A DNA stretch of 64,000 nucleotides from Candidatus Multivoradales bacterium (GTDB taxonomy: Bacteria > Acidobacteriota > Thermoanaerobaculia > Multivoradales > J023): assembly GCA_965248925.1 (NCBI GenBank), contig CBDFLE010000005.1:1056001-1120000 (forward strand), in the 5' to 3' direction. Positions 9,785-19,455 of the stretch are shown in pieces; the stretch's first letter is position 1, and each line of letters opens with the position of its first letter. Under the pieces are notes generated by a model. That model did not search any database, was not told the origin of the DNA, and saw only the letters and a list, made by a program, of their open reading frames with translations. The position numbers and the translations under genes are program-made.

Positions 9785-12334
9785 ATGACCGGCATTGATT
9801 GGCTACGGGCCAAGGAGCTCTTTCTGGAGTTGGCGGAGCTTGACGAGGGCTCTCGGCGAATGCACTTGAACGTTCTCGCCCAGCATGAATCGGAACTCGC
9901 TGATCAAGTCCGCTCCTTGCTCCGTCACGACACCGAAGGTCTCTCACCGACGGTTGCAGCCGGAGCCCTGGCCAAGACATTGGATCAGGCTCAGGACCGG
10001 CTCTGGGCTCAGCGGCGGCTGGGTCGCTACCGGCTCAAGAAGAAACTCGGCCAGGGCGGCATGGGAGTGGTCTACCTCGCTGAGCGGGCGGATCGAGAGT
10101 TCGAGAAAGAGGTGGCGCTGAAAGTGCTGCCGCTGGGCCTCGACACGCCCCTGGCGATCGACCGCTTCCGCCGCGAACGTCAGATCTTGGCGATGCTCGA
10201 GCATCCGGCGATCGCCCGTCTCCTGGACGGTGGCACCACCGACGACGGCCTGCCCTTCTTGATGATGGAGTACGCCCCGGGGCTACCGATCACCGATTAC
10301 TGCGAGCAGCAGCGGCTGCCCATAAGACAGCGCATCAAGCTGCTGCTGGAGGTCTGTGCGGCGGTCAGCTTCGCCAACGCCAATCTGGTGGTCCACCAAG
10401 ATCTGAAACCAAGCAACATCCTGGTCGACGCCGGCGGCAAACCGAAGCTACTCGACTTCGGTATCGCCAAGCTACTCGACGACCCAGCGGCCGAGCAGAC
10501 CCAGGTTCTCGCCTTGACCCCGGGCTACGCCAGCCCGGAACAACATGCCGGCGGACCGATCACCACCGCCAGCGACGTCTATTCACTGGGCGTCCTGCTG
10601 GGCGAGCTGCTGACCGGCCAGCGCCCGCGAACCGCCAACCCCCATGACTCTCTCGCCCCCTACAGTCTGACAGCCAAGCTCTCAGGCGACCTCGACAGCA
10701 TCGTCGACAAGGCGTTGCGCGAGAACCCGGCCGAACGCTACGGCTCGGTCGATCGTCTGGCCGGGGATCTGCGCCGCTACCTCGCAGGCCAGCCGGTCGA
10801 AGCCCGGCCGCCGACCTTCGTCTACCATGCCGGTAAGTTCCTCCGCCGCCATCGCTGGGCAGCTTCGACAGCTATTGCTTTCGCCTCCCTGCTGGTGGCT
10901 TTCTCCGTCTCTTCACTGCTCCAAGCACGCGCCACGGCACGCCAGCGCGACCGCGCGGAAGCGGTCTCTGACCTGCTCACTGAAGCCTTCCTCCAGGCAG
11001 ACCCATCACATAGCCGCCGCGGCGACGTCAGCGCGCGGGAGATCCTCGCCATCGGCAGCAGGATGGTGCGGAGGAAGCTGCGAAATGAGCCTCAAGTCAT
11101 GGCCGAGATGCTGCACACCATCGGCTCCGTGCAGTCTGCATTGGGCCTTTATCAAGAGGCCACCACCAACCTCGACGAGGCTGGCCTGCTACGCCGGCAG
11201 CTCAGTGGCGACGACAGCGCCAGCTCGGCCTCGACCGAACTCGAACAAGCACGATTGCACTATTTTCGCGCCAACTTCGACTTGGCAGAGGAGATCGCCC
11301 GCCGGGCCGCGGGCAAGCTGCGCCGCTACCGCTCGCCGGCAGTCGCGGAGGCGACCCACCTGATCGCCGACATCGTCTACAGCAGGGGTGACAAGGGTGC
11401 TCGCGACCGGGGCGTGGCGCTCCACCTTCAGGCGCTGGCAGAGAATGCGGCTCTGCTGGGCGAGGACAGCCTGCAGCATGCTGAAGGTCTATGCCGCTTG
11501 GCGGGCGCCTTGGGGCCCCATGGTCAGCGTCAGGAAGCTGCCGAGCTCTACCGACAATCCCTCTCTCTGCTCAACCGCTTGGCTCCGCCGAGCATCCGAC
11601 AGCAGCCCTTGCACTGCGCCAGCTAGCCTTCACCCAAGGCAGTCTGGGAGAGCTCGATTCAGCCCTCAGGTTGAGCCAGATGGCGCTCGCCATGGCCCAG
11701 CGGCTCTACGGCGGGAGCCACCCTTCAGTCGCTGAGGCGCTCAATGCGTTGGGCAGCGTTCACGTCGACCGGGGCGACCTCGAAGCCGCGACAGAGCAAT
11801 TCGAGGAAGCGTTGAGAATCCGCAAGAGAATCTATGGCGACGACAGTCCCAGGCTGTCGGTGGCGCACAACAACCTAGCCGTGGTGTATCGGGAATCTCG
11901 GTCGGCCGGAAGCCGCCGAGCCCCAGTTCCGCCGCGCCCTGGGGCTGCATCTGGCGGTCTCTGGCGCGGAGAACGTCCAGGCCGGGATGTTCTCCGCCAG
12001 CCTGGGAGAGACCCTGATCCACCTGAACAGGCTCGAAGAAGCTGAGTCACTGCTGCGTCAGGCGGTCGGCATCTTCGAGCGCCACTCTCGGGACGGCAAG
12101 AACGGCCGCAACGCCTGCATCGCCACCGCCGACCTCGGCGGCGCCCTGCTGCGGCAAGGGGAGATTGCCCAGGCGGAGAAGCTCCTCGGCCCCTGCCATC
12201 GCCTGCTCAGCAGCCAGCTGCGGCTGCCACCACGATTCAGGTTCCGTGCCACTGGCTGTCTGGTGGAGCTCTACTAGCAGACCGGTCGCGACGAATCGGC
12301 CGCCGAGCTAAATGCTTTGATCCACCTGCACTGA
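9785..12334 (+). pseudogene. Membrane Ser/Thr kinase with extracytoplasmic TPR domain; TPR part disrupted (frameshifts near 11578 and 11893, in-frame TAG 12275-12277)
   Basis: GQGGMGVVY, VALK, HQDLKPSN, DFG, YASPEQ, DVYSLG then a TM helix; TPR repeats continue in the 11491-12045 and 11987-12277 frames and past the TAG to TGA 12334. Confidence 0.85.
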
Positions 12335-12353
12335 GCGGCTAGGCTGAGCATCG

Positions 12354-12932
12354 ATGAGCCAACCCTCGCCACCGGTCACCCAGCTCTTGCAACGCTGGAA
12401 GGAAGGCGAAGCACACGTTGAGGAAGACCTGCTGCGAGCAATCTACCCGGCCTTGCGGGCGATCGCCATCAAGCGCATCTCGAGCGACCCCTCGGCTTTC
12501 TCGCTGCAGCCGACCGAGCTGGTCCACGAGGCCTACCTGAAGCTCGTCGGGCAGACCGCTCGGTGGCAGAACCGAGAGCACTTTTTCGCTATCGCGGCAC
12601 GCATCATGCGCCGGATCCTGATCGATCAGCTGCGCCGCAAGCACAGCCAGAAGCGCGGTGCCGGGCTGCCGGTACTACCGCTCAGCGCGGCCCTCGAGAT
12701 CGCCGCCACTAACACCTTCGACTGGCTCGACCTACACTCGGCGTTGAGCGAGCTGGAGAAGGTCGATCCGCGGGCTGGGCGGATCGTCGAGCTGCGTTTT
12801 TTCGCCGGTCTGTCGGTCGAAGAAACCGCCACAGTGCTCGAGCTGAGCTCCCGCACCGTGCTCCGCGAATGGCGTTTTGCCCGCGCCTTCTTACAGCGGC
12901 AGCTGAGCGACAGCAGCAGCGATCATGTCTAG
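12354..12932 (+). CDS. ECF sigma factor, TIGR02999/ECF43 type (kinase-associated)
   Basis: VTQLLQRW, LQPTELVHEAYLKL, WQNREHFFAIAARIMRRILID, IVELRFFAGLSVEE, TVLREWRFARAFL. Confidence 0.92.
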   Translation: MSQPSPPVTQLLQRWKEGEAHVEEDLLRAIYPALRAIAIKRISSDPSAFSLQPTELVHEAYLKLVGQTARWQNREHFFAIAARIMRRILIDQLRRKHSQKRGAGLPVLPLSAALEIAATNTFDWLDLHSALSELEKVDPRAGRIVELRFFAGLSVEETATVLELSSRTVLREWRFARAFLQRQLSDSSSDHV

Positions 12933-13095
12933 GAACCAATCTCTCAACGGTGGTCTAGAGCCGATCGCCGTTGCCGCAGAGCAACCTCTGACGAGAGAAG
13001 CCGACAAGGGAAGGGGATGGTCGCAGCCAAACCTGGGGCAGAAGGTGGGGACTGGCGCGATGCCAGACCTCGGCGTGAGCCAGAGAAGCTCTAGA

Positions 13096-13152
13096 AGCTA
13101 AGAACCTACCCGCCCTGACCTCTCGGCCAAGGCCAATTAACACGGGCTGCGG
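13096..13152 (-). repeat. Orphan copy of the 3' end of the 24669-28436 kinase gene
   Basis: agctaagaacctacccgccctgacctctcggccaaggcc aligns with 24667-24724; encodes ..ALAERSGRVGS* versus ..ALAERAGRVGS*. Confidence 0.85.
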
Positions 13153-13156
13153 ACCC

Positions 13157-13277
13157 TTGTACGAGCGAGGCCGGCGCCACATCTTCGCATTTGCTGAGAC
13201 GACCCCACCAAGCGCAGAGGCCAGCAGCAAGACCAACAGGCGTAGTCCCTAGCTAGCCGCAGCGATGGGCTACCAGG
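13157..13277 (+). repeat. Copy 2 of the PQQ-gene 3' end plus downstream spacer
   Basis: Encodes LYERGRRHIFAFAETTPP versus MYVRGRRHLFAI; cgtagtccctagctagccgcagcgatgggctaccagg aligns with agtcgtccccaggcacccgaagcgacaagctaccaag near 23684-23721. Confidence 0.82.
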
Positions 13278-13420
13278 TGTTAGCGGCTACGGGAAAGCGT
13301 ACGTAGTTGGTGTAGAGCGCAGACCAGCACCATTCTCTAGATCCCGCCCAACGGAATCATCATCCCCGCCGCAGGCGGGTCCGTGATCTTGCAGAATAGG
13401 GCTGTGGACGGAAGAGACGA

Positions 13421-13464
13421 AGGTCCAGGGGCAATTTGACTAGGCGGTCGAAACCCCTGGACCT
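13421..13464. repeat. Inverted repeat/hairpin in the IS21 leader
   Basis: AGGTCCAGGGG...CCCCTGGACCT, 11-bp perfect arms. Confidence 0.7.
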
Positions 13465-13550
13465 CCCCAAGAAGCGCGACCGATAGGCCGGCTCGCGCTA
13501 AGTATCTTCGGAAATCATCGTCTCGTCTACCCTCTGTCCAGCTGGAGACG

Positions 13551-13973
13551 GTGCGCGAGGACTACCGGTGGTATTTCTGTGCTGGGTGTCGAGCCTCGGT
13601 CGAGATCTGCTCGCACTGTGACCGGGGGCAGATTTACTGTGGCCAGGAGTGCTCCAGCGCCGCCCGCCGCGAGTCCTTGCGAGTTGCTGGTTGGCGCTAC
13701 TGCCAGACCCCTCAAGGTCGCCGAAATCAGGCCGAGCGGCAGGCCCGATGGCGTCAGCGCCAGCAGGCCGAAGCGCAGAAAGTAACGCATCAGGGTACCC
13801 CACCCCCAGAGCCCCCAGTCATCCTCACTACGCCACCCCCGAGTGGGTCCAAGGACCGCCTTGCCCCGCTCGGCGAGCCGCGATGCTGCTTCTGTGGCGT
13901 TCTCTGCCGTCCATTCGTCCGTCTGGATCCCCTCAGACGACGACGGCGGCGCAAACGGAGAGATCGAAGATGA
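13551..13973 (+). CDS. IS21-associated Cys-rich (zinc-finger-like) accessory protein
   Basis: CAGC..ICSHCDRGQIYCGQEC and CCFCG..C motifs, basic helix; stop overlaps istA start (ATGA). Confidence 0.7.
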   Translation: MREDYRWYFCAGCRASVEICSHCDRGQIYCGQECSSAARRESLRVAGWRYCQTPQGRRNQAERQARWRQRQQAEAQKVTHQGTPPPEPPVILTTPPPSGSKDRLAPLGEPRCCFCGVLCRPFVRLDPLRRRRRRKRRDRR

Positions 13974-15469
13974 TTTCAGAAGAGAAGAAACAGGAGATCC
14001 TGCGCTACCACTTCGTGGAGAAATGGCGGCCGGGCACGATCAGCCGGCAGCTCGGAGTTCACTACGAGACGGTGCAGCGAGCCCTGCGGGATGCCGGGGC
14101 GCCGACGGCGATTTCGACCCGCAGCTCGATAGTTGATCCTTACCAGCCCTTCATGCACCAGACCTTGGAGAAGTTCCCGAGCCTCCCGGCGAGTCGGCTC
14201 TACCAGATGGTCAAGGAGCGCGGCTACTCAGGAGGTGAGGATCATTTCCGTCACCTGGTGGCTCGAATAAGACCTCGTCGCAAGGCTGAGGCTTACCTGC
14301 GCCTGACCACCTTGGCTGGCGAGCAAGGGCAAGTGGATTGGGGCCATTTCGGCTCTATCAAGGTGGGAGGCGCGGAGCACAGCCTGATGGGCTTCGTTCT
14401 GGTAGCGAGCTACTCGCGTCGGATCTTCCTCCGGTTCTTCCTCAACGCGCGGATGGAGAATTTTCTGCGCGGTCATGTGGCCACCTTCGAGAGATGGCAA
14501 GGTGTCTTCAAGATCTTGCTCTACGACAATCTGAAAAGTGTGGTGCTCGAACGCCGGGGCGAGGCGATTCGCTACAACCCCAAGTTCCAGGAATTTGCCG
14601 GCCACTACCGATTCGAGCCACGGCCAGTAGCGATCGCTCGGGGCAACGAGAAAGGACGTGTAGAGCGCGCCATTCGCTATATCCGAACTTCGTTCTTCGC
14701 CGGTCGGGAGTTCAAGGATCTCGACGATTTGAATCGTCAAGCCGAGGCATGGTGTGAGGGCTGGGCAGATCGTCGGAAATGGCATCAGGACCCCAGCAGA
14801 ACGGTCAGCGAAGCCTTCGAGGACGAGAGGTCCTACCTGATCGAGCTGCCCACCGAGCCGTTTCGGACCGAGGAGCGCGGCGAGGCTCACATTGGCAAGA
14901 CGCCGTATGCACGCTTTGATCGCAACGATTACTCGGTGCCGTTCGATCGGGTGCGCCGCACTCTGACGGTGCGCGCCAGCCTCTTAGAGGTACGCATCTT
15001 CGACGGTCACAAGGTCGTGGCGTGCCATCCCAGATCCTTCGATCGCAGCCAGCAGATCGAGAACCCCGAGCATATCCAGGAGCTTGTCGATCACAAACAC
15101 CGGGCGAAGAAACATCGGGGGCTCGATCGTCTCAGGCGCGCGGCTCCAAGGTGCGAGGCGCTGTTGCAGCGACTCGCCGAGAGAGGGCTGCCTCTGGGAA
15201 CCGCTACCGCAGCACTCCTGCGTTTGCTCGACCACTACGGCACCGAGGCTCTCACCTCGGCCGTCGAAGAGGCGCTCGGCAACCACTCCTGCGACGTCCA
15301 GGCCGTTCGCCTGGTGCTCGAGCGCCGTGAGCGCGAGCGTCAGGCCACGCCGATGCTTCCTCTCCGCCTACCCAAAGATCCCAGAATCCGGGATCTCGAC
15401 GTGCGCCCTCATGATCTCAACGACTACGACCGTCTCAGCCGCCAGGAGGATCCTCATGACGACGACTGA
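13970..15469 (+). CDS. istA: IS21 family DDE transposase
   Basis: N-terminal HTH; QVDW, YDNLKS, EKGRVER DDE residues; start MISEEKK at 13970. Confidence 0.95.
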   Translation: MISEEKKQEILRYHFVEKWRPGTISRQLGVHYETVQRALRDAGAPTAISTRSSIVDPYQPFMHQTLEKFPSLPASRLYQMVKERGYSGGEDHFRHLVARIRPRRKAEAYLRLTTLAGEQGQVDWGHFGSIKVGGAEHSLMGFVLVASYSRRIFLRFFLNARMENFLRGHVATFERWQGVFKILLYDNLKSVVLERRGEAIRYNPKFQEFAGHYRFEPRPVAIARGNEKGRVERAIRYIRTSFFAGREFKDLDDLNRQAEAWCEGWADRRKWHQDPSRTVSEAFEDERSYLIELPTEPFRTEERGEAHIGKTPYARFDRNDYSVPFDRVRRTLTVRASLLEVRIFDGHKVVACHPRSFDRSQQIENPEHIQELVDHKHRAKKHRGLDRLRRAAPRCEALLQRLAERGLPLGTATAALLRLLDHYGTEALTSAVEEALGNHSCDVQAVRLVLERRERERQATPMLPLRLPKDPRIRDLDVRPHDLNDYDRLSRQEDPHDDD

Positions 15470-16220
15470 AGATCTGCTCATCCGGGCCAAGAAGCTCGGG
15501 CTGCACGGTCTGGTCGAAGATTGGAGTCAACTTCAGAACCAGCCTTGGGTGCTGCCTTTGATCGACCGAGAGGAGATAGTGCGACACCAGAGGAGCCTCG
15601 AGAGGCGAATCCGCAACGCACACATCGGCACCTTCAAGCCGATGGCCGACTTCGACTACAAGTGGCCACGAAAGATCGATCGCCTGATGGTGGAAGACCT
15701 CTTCAACTTCCAATGGCTCGAAGAAGGAGCCAACGTCATCCTCTTCGGTCCCAACGGCGTCGGCAAGTCGATGATCGTTCAGAATCTCACCTACCAGGCC
15801 TTGTTGCGTGGCGCCACCGGACGCATGCTCACCGCCAGCGAACTGCTCAACGACCTCGCGGCACAAGAGAGTTCCAGGGCTCTGCAGCGGCGCCTGGCCC
15901 TCTACACCCGGCCCGATCTGCTGGCCATTGACGAGCTAGGCTACCTGTCCTACGACCATCGCCACGCCGACCTCCTCTTCGAGGTGGTAAGCCGGAGGTA
16001 TCAGAAGAAATCTATTCTGCTGACCACCAACAAACCCTTCTCCGAGTGGCAGAGCGTCTTCGCCTCGGCCACCTGCGTGGTCACCCTTGTCGATCGGCTC
16101 GTACATCACGCCGAGATCGTCACCATCGAAGGCGACTCCTATCGGCGCAAAGAAGCAGAAGAGGAAAAGAAACGGCGAGCACAAGACCGCGCGCGGCGGC
16201 GAAAGGCGAAGGTGTCATGA
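15456..16220 (+). CDS. istB: IS21 helper AAA+ ATPase
   Basis: Walker A GPNGVGKS, Walker B LLAIDELGY, TTNKPFSEW, DRLVHH, GDSYR. Confidence 0.95.
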   Translation: MTTTEDLLIRAKKLGLHGLVEDWSQLQNQPWVLPLIDREEIVRHQRSLERRIRNAHIGTFKPMADFDYKWPRKIDRLMVEDLFNFQWLEEGANVILFGPNGVGKSMIVQNLTYQALLRGATGRMLTASELLNDLAAQESSRALQRRLALYTRPDLLAIDELGYLSYDHRHADLLFEVVSRRYQKKSILLTTNKPFSEWQSVFASATCVVTLVDRLVHHAEIVTIEGDSYRRKEAEEEKKRRAQDRARRRKAKVS

Positions 16221-16558
16221 GCAAGTGCGACTACGTCCAGGCGATTCTCAGAGCTTACCTTGAGCAGCAGGAGACCCCTGCTCAGGCAAGACCCACTGAC
16301 CGCGTACTCGCTCTTGATCTCTACCAGCAGCAAGTCTCCATCGATCAGATCAGAGCAGCCATTCTCCTCGCAGCCGGTCGACGAATCCAGCGATCTCCAG
16401 AGGCACCCAAGCTAGCCAAGATCCGATCCCTCGCCTACTTTGCGCCGGTGATTCGAGAACTCGATGGCCTTGAAGACATCGAGGGGTATCTCAAGTATCT
16501 CCAAAGCACCGCTCGGCGCGAGCAGGGGCTGCACACCGGCTCGGATTACACCGAATAG
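16217..16558 (+). CDS. IS21-associated hypothetical protein downstream of istB
   Basis: ATGA overlap with the istB stop; MSKCDYVQAILRAYL...IRSLAYFAPVIREL; lies inside the IRs. Confidence 0.65.
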   Translation: MSKCDYVQAILRAYLEQQETPAQARPTDRVLALDLYQQQVSIDQIRAAILLAAGRRIQRSPEAPKLAKIRSLAYFAPVIRELDGLEDIEGYLKYLQSTARREQGLHTGSDYTE

Positions 16559-16583
16559 ATACGTTCTTGCTCAGCCGCTAACA

Positions 16584-16665
16584 CCAGGACGGTCTCTGGT
16601 CTAGCACACCGAGCAGCGGCGATCTGCCTCGAGAATCCTTCTTGATCGGATGCCAGGCATCCGCC
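16584..16665 (-). repeat. Orphan copy of the 3' end of the 23714-24463 gene, split from its stop codon by IS21
   Basis: ADAWHPIKKDSRGRSPLLGVLDQRPSW versus AGSWYPIKTDSSGRSSLLDKLDQGPAW*; removing IS21 and one TSD restores TGG TAG. Confidence 0.88.
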
Positions 16666-16691
16666 AATAATGTGCCTGGCACCTTTTCGAC

Positions 16692-17945
16692 CGGCCCTTT
16701 GTTGTTGTGGCGCCTTCGCGCCCATCTCCAGAGCTGTCCGAAGATGAAGTGGTCGATATTCTGGAAGGTCTTCGAGGCAACGAGATGACGGAACTGGTGA
16801 GCCCAGCCGCGGAGGACGCGGTTGAGCTGGTGCAGTAGATTTTCCGTCTTGGTTCCGAAGTTCCGACGAATGAGGCTCCGCGTTCTTTGGATGAGATCCT
16901 TGACGTTGGCCCGCATTGGGCGCATCAGGAGCTTGCCGTTGTACTTACGTACATTGGCTCCAAGGAAATCGAAACCGTCGTCGATATGCACGATCTGGGA
17001 CTTCTTTTCGGACAGTCTCAGACCGCGTTCTTTGAGAAAGGCGGTAACCGCGGGGACGACGTTCTCTTCCAGGAGTTCCCTGGTTCTGGCCGTGGCCACG
17101 AGATCGTCTGCGTACCGAATGACATGGACCTTGGCGGCGGGCTCCTTCCCTTTTGGGCGTGGAACCGCCGAAAGGACATGAGCTTCTAAACCGTCCAAGG
17201 TCATATTCGCCAAGGTTGGCGAGAGGATTCCTCCTTGGGGAGTGCCTTGCTCAGTGGGGTGGAACATCTCACCTTCGAAATATCCGGCCTTCAGCCATTT
17301 CCGGAGTAGACTTCTATCCATCGGGATATGGTCTAGTAACCATTGATGGCTGATTTGATCAAAACAGGCTTCGATGTCCGCGTCGAGCACCCATTCAGCT
17401 GCGTTGCCCTTAGCCAATACCATGTGGCATCGCACATGGGCATCTTGGATCGAACGGGCTTTGCGGAATCCATAGGAATTTGGATCCGCCCTTTGCTCGG
17501 CTACTGGCTCGAGAGCCAGCAGATGAAGAGCTTGCATCGCTCGATCGTGCATACACGGGATACTCAGCGGACGTTTTCCGCCGTTGCGTTTTGGAATGTG
17601 GATTCGCCGTAGTGGCTGAGGCTGATAGCCTCGCCGCTTCAGCTCGTCCACGGCCTGCATCTTCTGCCGAGAGGTGTTCCAGAGAACACCGTCGATTCCC
17701 GGCGTGCGCTTTCCCTGGTTCGTCGTCACCCGACGAACCGCCAGCCGCTTCGCAGGCAGCGCCTGAACCAAAATTCGCTGGAGGGAGCGCACCTTCCCCC
17801 AGCGTTCTTTCCGAGCTGCCTTCGCAATACGAACTTGTAGCCGCTCAACGGTTTTGTACGTCCACCGCCAGTCGATATCCGACCAGCTTTCGACACCGCC
17901 CGAAGGTGCGCCGACCGCGAATTTCTTCGGGTCATCCATCGCCAT
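16692..17945 (-). pseudogene. ltrA: Group II intron reverse transcriptase/maturase, C-terminally truncated
   Basis: RVT_N, TPGIDG, RPLSIP, SYGFR, DADIEACFD, GTPQGGILSP, RYADD, GFDFLG; homology ends at WARRRHNNK and the ORF runs on into unrelated sequence to 16578. Confidence 0.9.
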
Positions 17946-18621
17946 TCCTCCGCAGAATCGGTTCTCCAAGCGCTCTTACAAAGAAACACCCGCTGGACGT
18001 TGGCTCGCTTTCGCGCCGGGCAAATTCCGAACCCGTATCCGATCCATTACAGACCGGCATTCGCTTCTTCCAGCGTCCTACTCCGGCACATCCAATAGCC
18101 TCCCTTGCGGTCAGCCTGCCTGGTTGACGATAGGAGTCGGAACGATCCCGGGCCGTTCGCTGACGCGGTGGGGCGGGAAAGATCGGACTCTCACCTTCGT
18201 AGGCGGACATACCAGGTTTACAAGTTCCGCTTTCGGAGTACGTAGCTTTAGGCATCAGCTTTAGACCGGGTGATCGACGACCGCGGGCCACGACTACGAG
18301 AACGTGGCCCCTGCCACCTTGCCGTTTGGCCAGGCCTGTCAGCCCCTTTGGCCCTTCATCATAACGATCCCTGCGCTGATTCACATGTGTTTGCCATGGC
18401 TACTACCAGACGCTATCCCGGATCGGGGCTCCCAGGAGCCTTGACGCCTCGCGGTGTCAAGACCGCACCGAGGTGCTTCGCGCATTGTCTGGCCCGCTCT
18501 TTATTCAGGGCCGTAGGTTCATCTGGCGGTACAGATGGTCCTCGCTCATGGGATGGGAAATCAAATAATTGCATTTCGGAGGACAACTCCTTTCATATAG
18601 AAAAGCGGCTTCTTGCCGCAC
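16692..18621 (-). mobile_element. Group II intron (chloroplast-like class by appearance), 3'-truncated
   Basis: 5' boundary GTGCGGCAAGAAGCCGC at 18621; about 680 nt of non-coding intron RNA including GAAGAAGCGAATGCCGGTCTGTAATGGATCGGATA..GCGAAAGCGAGCCAACGTCC; no domain V/VI recognisable. Confidence 0.85.
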
Positions 18622-19015
18622 TCGTAGTTGCTATAGGTGATCCGCTGTGCCTCGGGGTGATTCTCGGAGAGGAGAAAGCCTCGACCGTCGTACTCGAAGG
18701 TACGAATCTGGGTGGTGTTACCGCCCTTCAGATTAGCCTGTTTCAACCGATCGCCGGAGTCGTAGAAATAGGTCGCCTGCAGGCCGCCCGCGGGCTCGGC
18801 TACCCGCACCAGCCGGCCGTAGCCATCGTAGATCTCTTCGGTGGCAAACTGGCTTTGGTTGACGCTGCCGTTGCCAGCCACGGAGGTGCCCACCCTTCCC
18901 CGGCGCTCCACCCGCCGATCGCCGACGTAGGTCACTCGCACATCGTGGGTAGCGCCGTCTGGCGAGGGCAGCGGCCGAGCAAGAAGTGCCCGACCGCTTG
19001 CGTCGCGTCTGCTAG
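18622..19015 (-). pseudogene. Rhs/YD-repeat protein fragment (5' exon of the intron)
   Basis: RDASGR...EIYDGYGRLVRVAEP..TYFYDSGDRL..TFEYDGRGFLLSENHPE..TYSNY; no start codon or Rhs core present. Confidence 0.75.
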
Positions 19016-19019
19016 AGAA

Positions 19020-19439
19020 TCAGAAGAACGGATCCAAACACGGCTCTCTGCAGCTGCTGAAATCAGAGTCCGAGAAGATCGGCAACAGCCCACCTCCAAT
19101 CGTCGCAAATGTTTCGCAGCTGGCCCGAACCGGGCATGGAACGCCCTCGTGAGAGTTGTTCAGGATCGCACTGTTCCCATCGCTAACACAGCAGAAGGTA
19201 ATATTTCTATCTACGTGAGGGATACAGTTGAACAGGTCGTGAGTAGTCTGCCATCGAATCGGTTCGGTTGCCCAGATCGCCGGAATAGTGCCTGTGACTT
19301 CTACTGTATAAATGAACTGTACCTGTACTGCGAGGGAGCAATTGGGCGCCATTGCATGGGCGGTAACCGAGATAGCAATGGCATGGGAAGCGGCCGGAAG
19401 ACAAAGAGCCACCACGGTGATTATTAGAATCTTACGCAT
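19020..19439 (-). CDS. Small secreted Cys-rich hypothetical protein
   Basis: AAGGAGG RBS, signal peptide MRKILIITVVALCLPAASHA, eight Cys in the mature part, lower GC. Confidence 0.6.
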   Translation of the reverse strand: MRKILIITVVALCLPAASHAIAISVTAHAMAPNCSLAVQVQFIYTVEVTGTIPAIWATEPIRWQTTHDLFNCIPHVDRNITFCCVSDGNSAILNNSHEGVPCPVRASCETFATIGGGLLPIFSDSDFSSCREPCLDPFF

Positions 19440-19455
19440 AGCAAGCCTCCTTTGT

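Larger units (their letters stand above)
13278..16583 (+). mobile_element. IS21-family insertion sequence, 3306 bp, four ORFs
   Basis: IRL TGTTAGCGGCTACGGGAAAGCGTACGTAGTTGGTGTA; IRR (reverse complement) TGTTAGCGGCTGAGCAAGAACGTATCTATTCGGTGTA; 5-bp TSD CCAGG at 13273-13277 and 16584-16588; istA and istB inside. Confidence 0.95.

Noticed and set aside
12955-13236. 93-aa minus-strand ORF
   Set aside because: Spans the junction of two orphan gene-end repeats in a different frame; unlikely to be a gene
16578-18621. Retron or defence-associated RT
   Set aside because: GTGCG 5' boundary, RVT_N and maturase-type motifs point to a group II intron; no VTG retron motif or msr/msd layout seen
18270-19427. 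385-aa plus-strand ORF
   Set aside because: Antisense to intron RNA, the Rhs fragment and a secreted ORF; crosses element boundaries
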